DNA of 59,637 bases, the filler included, from Circinaria calcarea (Eukaryota): assembly GCA_051942165.1 (NCBI GenBank). It is 11 parts of 11 records of this genome, joined end to end, with 100 filler letters (N's around TTAATTAATTAA, not from the genome) between each part and the next. Parts side by side here need not be neighbours in the genome. Positions count along the whole stretch, not along the records: positions 1 to 5,349 come from JAVECS010001933.1; positions 5,450 to 10,793 come from JAVECS010001934.1; positions 10,894 to 16,237 come from JAVECS010001935.1; 8 more parts are not named here. One strand, 5' to 3'. This document shows positions 1 through 12,028 of the stretch, piece by piece. The position numbers and the translations under genes are program-made. The stretch's first letter is position 1. Each line of letters opens with the position of its first letter. The notes under the pieces were generated by a model. It did no database searches and was not told the origin of the DNA. It saw nothing but the letters and a program-made list of their open reading frames with translations.

Positions 1-948
1 TCATACTGGATCTCTCTAGCAACAGCCATGCCGCGTAAGTAAACGAACAAACAAGGAAAGCAAAGGATTACTTGCGTAGGGACTTTATCACTCGATATGC
101 CTTCCAGACCACCGCTCGTACTATCTGGCCACTGTATGATCTGATTCTGCCGTTCAGGCTTCGTTCATGTTAGCATGATCGTTTCAGAAGATGGGAGACA
201 TCAATGGACATTGCGTGTGTGAGCCCAGGCCAGGCCGGAGTAAGTCGTCCCACTGTACTTCTAGATTAACTTCTTGACCTCATCGAGCACTAAATGACAT
301 ACAAATCCGCAGCCACTACGATCTTCCTCTCGGGCACCATACTCGCCATTGTGGGGCTTTGAGTGCTTCGTGACATTACTAACATAGCAGATGTAGAACC
401 GACAAAGTATGGAACTTCTGCAAATGGCGACATGATACTCTTCTTGGGTGGTTATATATGGGTTGTGAATACTTCAGCACAAAAGGGAATATGAGACTTT
501 GGACAAAGTAATTATAGTTTTGTACTGTCGCGACACAAGCAACATACCAGCATATCAGACAAAGAAAGCTGTTAACCTGGAACACTTTAAATCTGCGACA
601 TTGAGTAAATAATCCTAGGATGAAAGCAAAGTGAGACGGAAATCAGTGCATGTTCGACGTTAGGTGCGGCAACCTATATGATCGAACATTCGTGCATCAA
701 CCAGAAGTCCATGATGTTACCTTATCATGGCGGCGACCCCGGAGCTACAAGTTCCTGGCCTTCAGTAACTGCTCGTAAGAGAATCGAAAACAAACAGATA
801 GTTAGTTGTCTTTACCCCAACTCGGCTGCACAGTAAGTTTATTCATGCCCCTGGTTATGAGTTAAGCAGGGAGCGGCGATATGCAATGAAAGACATGCCG
901 TGAGCCTAAAAATCCACTGACCAACATTTCTTTCCAGCTTATCTCATC

Positions 949-2246
949 ATGTACTTGCCCGACTGGCTGTATCAGTCATTCTGTTTGTCTCGGGTGTCCG
1001 GGCAACATCAATCAAATCCAGTGGCCCACACTAATAGGAGCGTCCACATTAGCAAAGAGGACCGAAGCGAAGCTTACGATGGGAAATTTGTTTTGGAGCT
1101 GCAGGCTAAGGATAAGGAGTTGCAAGAGCTTCAAAAGGAGCTGCGAGAACTTCGAAAGGCCCACCACGCGCTAATTCAGTTAAGCGACAACCAAGCCATC
1201 GAATTGACAAGTTTCACAGAACAGAGAGTCGATGAGGAGAAGGATCTACTAGTGCTCCAGACTTCCACGGATGTACTCAGGCAAGAATTGCAGGCATGCA
1301 AGGATGACTTGTTTTGCCTTCAGCCCATGCTCCAAACACCTGATACGGAGATCATACGCCAGTACGATATCGTCTGCCAGCAGGTTTCAAACTGGATCGA
1401 CGAGGAGATCTTTCAACTCGAGCAGAAGCGAACCGAGGACGAGACACACGGTATGCCTTTGGTTTTAGACGTGGACCACCCCGGAGCAATGGAGCTTCTA
1501 CAAAGAGTACCAGAAGCTGGCGAGTATATGATTGCATCCATTATTCATGCCTATCTCCAAGAAAAGGTCCTAGGGAAGCACGTGTACTGCTTTGGATTAT
1601 CCGAGGATCTCGTACGTAATTTAGAATGTATCGAGCAGGGCATGAGCAAATTGGAACCAAGGAGAGGTATAGATGCTTGTATGTATATTGTCTTGTGAGG
1701 CCAACGAGCTGATTCTGTCCAGATCTCAAAACAATTGACAATTGGCGTTCGGAAACTCTCAAGGCAATTGCTGAGCATCCAAGCTTTAATAAAGAAAGAA
1801 CGCGGGTTTTGCAGGAGCTTACTACAGATCTTCTCGAGAATCTGGGCTCCTTCTTTCCGATCCACCCGAAAAGCAATACCAGCTCAATGAGACTCTACGA
1901 ACAAGTCTTCGTACCCGCTGCGAAACTTGCATTGGAGATCCAACTATCATCAACTCATTACGAGTTTAGTCCCCGTATGCCAAGCTTTCCAACTTTGGGA
2001 TATGAGGCTGCCGTCATGGACAATCTCAAATACAATACCTTGATTGATGTCTCGACTAGGAGAAAATTGAAACCAGATAACCCAGTAATTGCTAGGAAGG
2101 ACGGAAAGATTGGGTACCCGCTATTACTATTGGAACCAAGCTTGAGTCGTGTCGATATTAGTACCAAAAGAAATCTGCGTAAGCCAGTTTTTCTTGTCGA
2201 GCTGGAGGAACCTCTTAGAAAGGGAGACCGAGGAAACGTTGGATAG
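949..2246 (+). CDS. Uncharacterised fungal coiled-coil protein, paralog 1 (exons 949-1666, 1723-2246)
   Basis: ORFs 949-1698 and 1809-2246 join in frame through a 56-nt intron 1667-1722 (GTATAG...GCTGAT...CAG), giving PRR-DLKTIDNWRSETLKA. The product is colinear with the 3533-4573 protein. Confidence 0.8.
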
Positions 2247-2661
2247 TCAAGGTACGATTACACGACAGTCCGAAAGCCGTGTTGGCTACAACACATCGAT
2301 CTGTCGTTTTGACTCGATGGAAGTTGCTCTTAGTTGTTGCGATCAGGATCTGTTCAATGAAAGCGAGCCAAGGATGGGATTCAGTGTGAGTAGCCAAAGC
2401 AGCCATCAGAGGACTGATCGTCCCTCAATTTCATGAAAGACCAGGTAGCAAAACTTATGCCATTCAGCCATCCTCTTCAATGTAGTCGTCGGATTGATTG
2501 ACTATTGGTGAACCCCGGGAGCTTACACCCACACCGTCTAAAGTTGCAGATTGATGTACCTATTGTACATCTAGGGAGGATGATCGACATTGAATCCCTC
2601 TCTTGCTAATCGTGATGTTTAGAACACCCCCTTCGTAGTGCTACATTGCTCCGCCCCTTGG

Positions 2662-2933
2662 TTGGGGGTTTTAGCAAAACTTTGTTAGAAGTTTGTTATG
2701 CTCGGGAGCACGGCACCGATAAGCTTAGCCTAATACTGTAAAGCACGGAGGGAAGCTGTGTTCCCATACTAGGCTCACTAGTATAACATAGCTCCGTTGT
2801 GGAAGTACAACAGAGCTACGTAAAAGCTAAGCCGGGGGCTCTTTCCATGCAGATATGTATTGGTTGGGATCAACGTTATTCCGCGCCTAGGTTCACATTA
2901 CACTAACATAACAAGTTTTGCTAAAACCCCCAA
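2662..2933. mobile_element. MITE-like element with 21-bp perfect terminal inverted repeats
   Basis: TTGGGGGTTTTAGCAAAACTT at 2662-2682 and its exact reverse complement at 2913-2933. The interior is non-coding and there is no clear target-site duplication. Confidence 0.65.
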
Positions 2934-3532
2934 TTAATGGCTGGACTGCAGCTACTAAGAACTATTAGTCCTACAGCCACTTATAAAATCTCCAACGTAT
3001 ACTTGAACTTCCCAAGCACGCTGGGTGACAAAGAAGCTCGGACATTACCTATTTACTCGCCGACCGCAAATTACCCAATAACGGCTGGTGCAAGACCCCC
3101 GTAGCTCAGGGCTTCACCACAAACTTAGGGGCCTCCTTTACGCGGGTGACCACGTGAGTAAATATGTGACGTCCGAATTTTTTTGTCACCTGCGTGCCAA
3201 GTATATACTTTACATAGCTTTGCAACATATCTCGAAAGAGGACACTTTCGTTATGTTCCGCAAACGGGAATGCACTCAGTCCGAAAACGTCAAAGATTAG
3301 GACGGTTCAGGAGATTTTCCTTTGTTATCTTGAGTTATATAAGCAGGCTAATTCCGCCTTAACAAATACTCGAGTGACTTGTAAATTTTCAGAAGAAAGG
3401 GACTGCCTCATTCTAACAACCATCATCTAGATAAATTTTGCTTTCGTGCCCTTCAAACCGGAGGTAGCCTCCACGGGCAGACAAAACATCATCAGCGTAG
3501 TCTAGTAAACCAACATCCCCAAGAGCCCCAGA

Positions 3533-4573
3533 ATGAACAGATTTACTTTAGAGTTGCAAGCCAAGGACAACGAGCTGCAGGAGCTTCGGCAGGCCCACCT
3601 CGCGCTACAGACATCCACGGACGCGGTCAAGGAGGAATTGCAGAGCTGTAAGCAGGACTTGTTCGAACTCGTGCCCCTGAATCAGACGCCCGATACGGAC
3701 ATTATACGCTTGTACGAGCAAATGAGCGATCAAATCTCGAACTGGATCGACGAAGAACGCTTTCAGTTCGAAGAGCTTAAAAGTCAACAAGCCGGAAACT
3801 CTATGAATTTCATTTCGGATGGAGGAAACTATGAAGCAGCAAAAGTTCTGAGGGAATTTCCAGAGGCGGATGAGTATCTTGTGTTGTCGGCGATTTATGC
3901 TTTTCTCCAGGAAAAGGTCCTCGGGGAGAATGTGTACTATGTTGGAATGGGTGAAGCTACCAGGAATTTCCTGAGAAGAATTGAGAATCATATGGCTATC
4001 CTTAAGCCACCAAGAGGTCAGAATGTTCGCCAGGCAACTTTCAAGGAACTTCAGCTAATATTATCAGGTACAATAAAAATAGATCACTGGCGGTCCGAGA
4101 CTCTAAAGGCGTTTGCAATCATGCCAAGCACGGTAAACGAAGAAGAAACGCAGTTGCAAGATATTACCATAAATCTTTTTAAGATCTTACGTCCAATGCT
4201 TCCTATCTTTCGGACAAGCAGAGCTAGCCTGGTAAGGCTAAACAATCAAGTCATACAACCCGCGGCGAAGCTTGCTTCGGTTATCCAATTATCTTCAGTT
4301 TGCTATGAATTCCGTCCTCAAATACCCAGCGTTCCGCTACTGGAAAACAAAACTGCCTTCGTGGCAGATTTAAATCGCTTCACTCTGATCGATGTCTCAA
4401 CTGGGAGGCCTTTGAAACCGGATAGCCCTGTGGACGTGAAGAAAGATGGGGAAATTGGCAGACTGATATTAATGGTAGAGCCCAGCTTGCATCGCGTCAA
4501 TAAACATACAAAGCACGAAATAGAGCTGCGTCGGGCGGTCTATCTTGTCCAGCTAGCCAGCCCTTTGCGGTAG
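3533..4573 (+). CDS. Uncharacterised fungal coiled-coil protein, paralog 2 (probable in-frame intron 4017-4067)
   Basis: 346-aa ORF sharing LELQAKDxELQEL, LQTSTD, QTPDTxII, SNWIDEE, LQEKVLG, WRSETLKA, PAAKLA, TLIDVST and EPSLxRV with paralog 1. GTCAGA...GCTAAT...CAG (51 nt) lies at the homologous intron position. Confidence 0.8.
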   Translation: MNRFTLELQAKDNELQELRQAHLALQTSTDAVKEELQSCKQDLFELVPLNQTPDTDIIRLYEQMSDQISNWIDEERFQFEELKSQQAGNSMNFISDGGNYEAAKVLREFPEADEYLVLSAIYAFLQEKVLGENVYYVGMGEATRNFLRRIENHMAILKPPRGQNVRQATFKELQLILSGTIKIDHWRSETLKAFAIMPSTVNEEETQLQDITINLFKILRPMLPIFRTSRASLVRLNNQVIQPAAKLASVIQLSSVCYEFRPQIPSVPLLENKTAFVADLNRFTLIDVSTGRPLKPDSPVDVKKDGEIGRLILMVEPSLHRVNKHTKHEIELRRAVYLVQLASPLR

Positions 4574-4745
4574 CGCAACAAAGGAGCTGTTAGGCAGCCG
4601 AAAGTGATATGAGACTGAACTTAGGGAAAGTAGCTATACCAGGTCCTTTAGCATAAAGGGTCTCCACGGATGATTTTTGGGCTAGACGATGGCAAGCTCT
4701 GATCTGTGCTGATAGGATGCGCACCGCTCGACGCAAGTAGTTCTT

Positions 4746-5330
4746 TTATAAAATGCCGGGTATTACTGCTTTTCTGTTCCCAATTTTCTCTGTACCAAAC
4801 CTGCGCAGATACCACTGCTTTCCCTTAACTGCTCGCGGTGTCATCGTGGCGATCTCGTTCATAACAAAGTTTCTTGCTGGCATGCATCCTAAGCCTCCTA
4901 TCATCCAGAATCCGCACCACTCCAACCACTCGCACACGTAGTGAGGGTAGAGTATGAAGTTGAATAGGCCGTTCTGCGGGACCATGTAAACCTTATCCAC
5001 GCTCTTTGCACCACCCTTCTCGTCCTGCTTTGCTTGTCTTTGCTCTTGGTTTCTCGCAGCTGCACGTCTGATTTCTCGGAGCTCGTCGTCATGGAACATG
5101 TTGCCAAGTAGACCCAACGCGAATATCATCATGCCTAATTCGATTCTAGGTGCCGTCCTTTCCCAGTCTTTCGCATTAACCGGACCATATGCAGCAAGCC
5201 AGCCTCCGATGCAAAGTCCGTTGATGATCTGGAAGGCCAATGCCGATGTCCAAACAACGATGTGTATGGGAGACATGCTAGGGTTCAGATAAAGAGGCGC
5301 AATTATGGCACGGTAGAGATAGTGGATGGT
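4746..5330 (-). CDS. 3-oxo-5-alpha-steroid 4-dehydrogenase (steroid 5-alpha-reductase family), last exon; 5' part off-contig
   Basis: TIHYLYRA, GNMFHDDELREIR, YMVPQNGLF, YPHYVCEWLEWCGF, PRA..GKQWY..RF and RKAVIPGIL match the family. CTGAC...AAG acceptor just upstream of 5330. Confidence 0.9.
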   Translation of the reverse strand, partial: TIHYLYRAIIAPLYLNPSMSPIHIVVWTSALAFQIINGLCIGGWLAAYGPVNAKDWERTAPRIELGMMIFALGLLGNMFHDDELREIRRAAARNQEQRQAKQDEKGGAKSVDKVYMVPQNGLFNFILYPHYVCEWLEWCGFWMIGGLGCMPARNFVMNEIATMTPRAVKGKQWYLRRFGTEKIGNRKAVIPGIL

Positions 5331-5349
5331 CTTAAAGCATTTCCGTCAG

Positions 5350-5449
5350 NNNNNNNNNNNNNNNNNNNNNNNNNNNNNNNNNNNNNNNNNNNNTTAATTA
5401 ATTAANNNNNNNNNNNNNNNNNNNNNNNNNNNNNNNNNNNNNNNNNNNN
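5350..5449. other. Artificial contig linker
   Basis: 44 N + TTAATTAATTAA (stops in all six frames) + 44 N. Confidence 0.98.
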
Positions 5450-5589
5450 GTTTTATTGTTGTTTCGTTTTATAATAGGAGGATTTTCCAGTCGGAGATTT
5501 TTTGAGGGGGGCCAAATGTGCTCTCTTGGTGCTTTGGTAGTTGTTGTTGTCTTTGAGGGGGGTTTTTGCTTCGTGCTTATCTTCCCTGA

Positions 5590-6550
5590 GTTTCTGGGAA
5601 TTGTTCATCGGGGTGTTTTCTGGATTTCTCCATCTCTTAAGAGATACCACTTGCATCCTGCAGCGATATATATCTCGCATGATATGGGACCCCCCTTTGA
5701 TTATATATACTCTCTCGCAGCTTCAAAAGCACATGTTGGTTTTTCCCCTGTTTACTGGTTTGCCAACCATTCCAGCAAGGCAACGATGATGCGGATTTCT
5801 TCTTCTTAAGTACGTCCGAGAGTAACTAATTCGTATTGGGCGGGAGAATTGGCGTGGCTTGTGGACAGGATTTTATATATTCGTGGTTCTGCTGAGATGC
5901 TCTGCCTAAATATTCTTAGAATATTTATCGGGGTGTTTTTTGGAGTTTTTTCAAACTCGTTTAGAGAATACGCTATTTTCAGTAGTTATATATATCCTGC
6001 AAGATATATATCCCCCTTTTATTATTTACCACTTTCTCACGGCTGCAAAAACACACGTTGGTTGTTTTCCCTATATATAAGGCAACGACGATGCGAATTT
6101 CTTGTTCTTGAGTACGTGCGAGAGAAACATCGATTCGTGTACATTGCGCGAAGGAATTGCCGTGGCTTGTGGACAGGATTTTTACACGTTCGTAAGTTTT
6201 GCTGAAATACTCTTTCTATCTGAGTAGTGTTGGGATATTTATCGGGGTATTTATTGGAATTTCTTCATCTCCTAAAGAATACGCTGCTTTCAGCAATCAT
6301 ATATACCCTATAAGAAATTGGCCCCCCATATTTCCTCGTTACTCGCTATATATAAGTTAGTCTTGCTATAACATTTATCAGCTATTCCAGCAAGGCAAGA
6401 AAATGCGAATTATTTCCTCTTGAGTAGGTGCGAGAGAGAGAGAGCGCTTCGCAATATATTGCGAGAAGGTTTAGGAGCTTTGTGGGTGAGGTTCAATATG
6501 TTTATGGACTTGCTGAAATATGCTCCTGACGAGTATTTGGACGGTATTTA
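5590..6550. repeat. Degenerate tandem array, about 3 copies of a ~310-320 bp unit
   Basis: ATCGGGGT at 5607, 5927 and 6241; GTGGCTTGTGGACAGGATTT at 5854 and 6162; AAGGCAA..ATGCG..TT..CTT(G/A)AGTA(C/G)GT(C/G)CGAGAG and TGCTGA(G/A)AT three times each in the same order. Confidence 0.8.
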
Positions 6551-9500
6551 TTTTCTTTTCAACTTATGCATATCTTATCTTATACGACAAACGATCCTCG
6601 TGCCTTGTTTATTGCTCCGTAGTTTTGATATCTTGCCGTTGTGGGAAATCTTGTATTCTAGCCAGTCTTACGAGTATGTGAGACACGGGTTTCGAGATAT
6701 TCATATATATACTCCCTCGCGCACAGTCTCAATGCACTCTTCCTGCAGTACTTCCTTTTATTGAATTTTTGCATCCCATTCCCATGTTGGTATATCCTAT
6801 CTTCAGGTCGGTGTGTTCTATTACCAAGGCCATTGGCTTGGATAACTGGTGCTGTACCCGGTGCTGTACTCGGTGTTGTATTGGATAAGGACCGGCCTGT
6901 CGGGTTTATAAGGCTCAAGGTTCTGGAGTATCGAGACGGATGGAAATCGCGGTATGGTTGTATTTATCCCCCCACCGCTATACCAAACAACTGCTGCAAC
7001 CTCGTTCTCCGTCCTTTCGATTTCTATCTCTTGCTGCAGGGACTTCTCTTTCCATCACCTTCGTGCCCTTCCCGAATGACTTTATCCGAAATGGACCGTC
7101 ATCACCTTCCAGAGACTCCTGGATTCTCAGACATCGAGGTGATGAAGTTGTGGTATATTGCTTGGATGTATACCTAGCAAAGCTCAAAGCCCTTTAACCC
7201 GACTTCTTACTATGCCCATTCTCTTCTTATCCACGCTTTCCGTATAGAGGGAATCCCCTCGCTGGCTTATTATCTTCTCACGTGTTGAATGGTCATCCGT
7301 GCCTCAATAGGCAGTATCCCCTCTTTATAAAGGAAAGAATCGAGCTTTCCAAAGATTTCGTGATCTGGTAAGTATCAATCCGCTCAAATGTGGGCGTGGA
7401 AGTCTTTTCCCTTCCATGCATACCCTCGTTTCATGCACAGCAGTAAGCTGTTCACAAGTCTTACTCGGTGGTAAGTACACCAAGTGTCCTCACTTGTGTA
7501 GGTGTGGAAGTTTTCTCTCCTTCCATTCATACCCTGTGTTTTTACCTCTCGACACGACAGAGAGCAGTCCCACACTTCGACAGGTTTTGCTAATCCGCAG
7601 ATATAGCAATCCTCCTCATTTTAATAAGTGTGAGGTGCTCGCCTCGTCACACAGATACCTCGTTTCATAACGGCTATCTTATAGCCATCCTTTCAACGGC
7701 AACTCTTCTCGCGCTTCAGGTTTCGCGATCGTGCCAAAAGCGCTCATCTGTCAACTGCGAACACTTTAGTAAAGGGTTAGGATCATATATACCACCACTC
7801 CTCCGCCGTATGTCGAAGGGAAAGTCTCTATCTCGTCCCACCCTGGAGTCGATTTGTGCTGTGATTTCGCAAGGCAGATACTTGAAGTGCTGACCCGGTC
7901 TTATTCACCAAGGAGGTGAATTGTGGGAAGGCAAGGGGGCGAGGATTCGACCCTTTCCTTGGCAAGGTAGTTAGTATCACCAGCGAGTCTTTCTGTGCTC
8001 AGGCGCTCGGCCTCCTTCTTTCAGCGGCGAAAATGCCGTCTTCGTCCGTCAAGTTTTCGATCTTGTCAACTCAAATCGACACGTCTTATCTAAGCTGTTA
8101 GCCTCTTTTCTCATACATGACCCTCGGCAAGACGAGTTTCACTCACCACCTTAAGATGTAGTCCGACTTGAGCTTCAAGTCCACACCGGTCGATGGCCTT
8201 GCGTAATGACCCTTTTTCCTTGTGGGGTATCCTACTCCATTCCGTCTTGCTTCCCAACTTCACTGCGCCTCTCTTCTTCACGATAGGCTTTTTTTCTTCC
8301 TCTTTCTTTTCGCTTTTCGACTTGTTTCTGATTGGCAAGTCGACTCCCTTTGCTTCGCACACTCGTTCCACCTCGCGACTCGACTTCGCTTGCCATACTC
8401 TCACGTAAATCTCCGATTCCTTGACCACTCCACTCCGATTGCTTCCCACTCCTATGACTTCATGACTCCACTCCACTCCACTATGTCAGGTGCCCCATTC
8501 TCGACTCTCCTTTCTCCATCTATTTTTTGGCTTTTGATTTTCGTTTTCCTCTTCACTCCGCTCACCGAATATATTCTCGCTTCAACTCCGAATCCTTGGC
8601 CACTCTCTTCGGTTCATGTCATCTCTTCTCGCTCCATCCGTTGTTCCACCTTCACATCGACTCCCCTCTGTCCCACTTCATCTCTGTCTGGGCTTTCCGT
8701 CTTCCTTGCCACTTCAATCCGACTCACACTCCCCTTCGCCTGCTATTTCTTTTTTGCTTGTCTCTTCATCCTTCAATCTACTTCTCATTTTTGTTTTTTC
8801 TTTGGCTTGACTTCCGCTTTCATCTTTCAACTTTGCTTCCCAATCCACTTCGCTTGCTTTCACGCTTCTGTGCCATCACCCTCTACTTTGTCCCTCGCAG
8901 TGCTTGTTGTTCCATTTCCCTGATTACCCTGGCTCTCTCGCCACTCCACTTGTCCACTTACTTCTTAGTCCACATGTTTATCTCTATTTGTTTATTTTGA
9001 TTTACTTCCCTCGTCATGCTCTTTTTATCTTTGTTACTTTTTAAACTGTGTTTCCGTTTGCCCTTTTTTTGGCTTTTCCGTTTGCCCCTTGTTTCCTCCC
9101 TTTAAGCTCGGGAATCTTCCATTTCTCTTTTCTCTTTTCCCTTTTTGGTTTTTTATTGTTATTATTTTTTTATTTTTTTTCTTTTGGAGGGGATTCTTCT
9201 TAAAATGTTCGATCTCTTACTCACAATATCCTGCCGTATTGTACTGACCGTAAAGTCCCTCGCCATCACCTCCAGACCGCCATACACCATACCATCCACC
9301 AAACCCTCATCCCAGACCCTTCCCTCACCAGACATCCATCGTTTCTCTCGCAAAAACCTTTCCCAGACAACTCTCTCCTCTCCTATCTTGATGACAAATC
9401 AGTACACAAAGCAAGCAGTAAATCCTCCAGCTCATAAAGGGCAGCAGTGGTTACTTACCGGCGGTCAAGAGTTGCATCAAGGTTTCGTAGGCACGTTTGC

Positions 9501-10793
9501 TTTTCTCCTGTTGTTGTTGTTTTCCTTTTTTGCAACAAAAAAGTATTCAAAGTGTTGGTGTGCTTGGTCTTTGGTAGATCGGATACAAGGCTTGAGTGCC
9601 ATGTAGCATGAGGCACCGACCGTTGGCTGGTAAGTTTCGATGCGTGTTCATCATCGAACGCTCGCGAGTCCCTTCGTCCGACTTGTGACGTTTCTACCAA
9701 AGCTCCAGCACAAATGCATCAACAGTAGATGCGAGTGTCGTGTGTGCTTGATGCATAAGATGATTACCTCGCAGTGACTGTCTCATCGGACAACGGTATC
9801 TACTGAGTCGTGCCTGGTCTTGCATGTTGGATTGCTCGTAGTTGCGCAAGCAGAGAGGTGTTGGACGACTTGCGAGTTTGTGTAGTGGTGGGAGGCATCT
9901 TCTAAAGATTGCAGCCATCAAGGGTAGCTGTTGCTTGCTTGTTATGTTGTGCAGGGAGCAGAGCGTCAGGATGGCATGTCCATCGCTTCGGCGTTTTGTT
10001 CACAGTGGTTGCGGTGGTAGAAGGCAGCTCCTAAGAACATGGCAGCCGTGAAGAAGAGAGGCTGGCTATACCCTTCGTGTGCAAGTGATGATGTGATAGG
10101 AGTCAAAGGAGACTTGACGATGGTGATGGGAGAACGGGTGGGCCCTGATAATTGGAGGTGGTGAGGAGAACGTGCGCTGGTATGCAACTGTGTGACCTGG
10201 ATGATGGCAGAGCCAGGAAGGATGGATCAGGATAGTAGTTGAGCATAAGCTACGTGGTAGATAATGAGGATGTCGTTCAAGACGATGTAAAATACTTGGT
10301 GGCAGAATCGACAATCTGTTTGCCTTGCAGAAAGGATTTTGTAATTATGTGGATGGGTATGTAAGGGAATTAGCGTGATGCCGCCTTAGCATCAGGCGCA
10401 ATGAGAAGCCAAAAAGGTCCCAGGGGAACATCAACAAAACCACCATAGACCATCACGCAACCAAGTCCAAGTCATAGTCACAATAACGTAGAAGACCTTT
10501 TATGATACTTGATTGCAATAAGAATCAGCTATATTTAGAGACTCGTCGCTTCTAACTCCTAAGTCTGTTCCTGGACGGGAATCCGAACAAGCGTTTGAGG
10601 CAACGGTACATCCGAAGTCTTCGGGTGTCCTTGTCGAGTCTCTTCATCGGTCATCTTAGGTTTTGGTATTGCCACTGCGATTTATCATCAACGATCGTTC
10701 GCATAGAAAGGTAAGGCTTTAGATTTCCTTACTTGAAGCCATATTGATCGCGCGCAGGACATTGTGCCAATTCGACAATACTGCAGCGACCGC

Positions 10794-10893
10794 NNNNNNN
10801 NNNNNNNNNNNNNNNNNNNNNNNNNNNNNNNNNNNNNTTAATTAATTAANNNNNNNNNNNNNNNNNNNNNNNNNNNNNNNNNNNNNNNNNNNN
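10794..10893. other. Artificial contig linker
   Basis: 44 N + TTAATTAATTAA + 44 N. Confidence 0.98.
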
Positions 10894-11050
10894 CGCCGAA
10901 ATGCGCCTAATTCTCGCCCGTCTAATGTGGAACTTCGACATTGCAGTTCCTAACGAGGGCCAGAAAGTCATGAGCTGGGCAAGCCAGAAAACCTACGTAC
11001 TGGTTGAGAAGCAGCCTTTTGAAATTAGGCTCAAGTATGTTGGAAAATAG
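10894..11050 (+). CDS. Cytochrome P450 C-terminus (CYP65-clan-like), 5' part off-contig
   Basis: Manual translation AEMRLILARLMWNFDIAVPNEGQKVMSWASQKTYVLVEKQPFEIRLKYVGK* is the typical post-haem L-helix and tail of fungal P450s. Confidence 0.85.
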
Positions 11051-12028
11051 AGGGAAGCGGGAAAGTTCTGAAAGTTTGAACGACCGAGATACTGAGGTGA
11101 TGACGGTAAGAGAAAAAGTACTTATTTGGGAGCAAACAGGGATACTAACAAGTGTCGCTGGGATAGGAGAGATGGAAGGCTGAGCGTCACTTGCCTATAG
11201 ATTTCCTACACCGTGAGGGCGTCCTACTCGATTCAATTAGCCTAGGTAGTGGTGATGGTTACCTGTAGGAAGAGGTATCGGGAATCTTATTGGCGTTGCT
11301 AGCGCCAGCACTGTCTGGCCGTGCCTTGGCAAATCAGGCATGGACTGCCGAGCAGATAGTCTAGAGGGCGGTGAATGATCTCTTCTGTTCAATACAACCA
11401 GATAGGATCAGAGAACTAAGGAGATAACTACGCGCGCTTCTTCCCCCTGTAATTCCATTGATTGATGGACTAAAATTCATGTTACTGTCCAACACCGAGG
11501 CTGATGTTAACGATGAGCTTCCAGCAGAGCTATCGACTACTGCTTACCCGCCGCCTTCCCACTCAGAGGGTGCGACTCTGGCCAACCGAGACTCACTCTA
11601 GACTCTTTCCGTGCCGAGTCCGTCCAGAAGTCGGGGTGGGGGTCAGCAATTGACTCGGAACTGCAGCGTCCCATCGCTCAAACTTTCATAGATGGTAAAA
11701 ATCCGCAGCGGATCCTTCGGTTCTCATGCACCTGCGTGTGGACGGTGAGAAGGAGGAAAAGCATGATTGATTGGTTCATGCGGTGCAGGGCTTTTCCCAC
11801 CTTGCATGTGCGAGCCTGTTCAGGTGATCTGCTCACCATGCAGTACAAAGCCCAGCACCGACCAGCCGTACAAGGCTTACCTCCAGCTGGCCTGGAGGCG
11901 GGTGGCATCGAACCGATCCTTCTACGAAACCACGGACTCCCAAGTTCCTAGCTTTTCCGACTTTTCAGCACGAGTTTCTCGAGTTACCTATCAAGTGAAG
12001 CCCCTCGCCCTCCATTGTCCCAAACGCA

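Noticed and set aside
5394..5405. Recurrent TTAATTAATTAA palindrome as a biological repeat or CRISPR-like array
   Set aside because: Always embedded in N-runs; it is a synthetic six-frame stop linker.
8111..9606. Phe/Ser/Leu-rich ORFs and antisense Lys/Glu-rich ORFs
   Set aside because: Explained by strong pyrimidine/purine strand skew; no recognisable motifs.
11890..11920. B-box-like GGTTCGATGCC on the minus strand (similar word near 7940-7955)
   Set aside because: No paired T stem, anticodon arm or acceptor stem.
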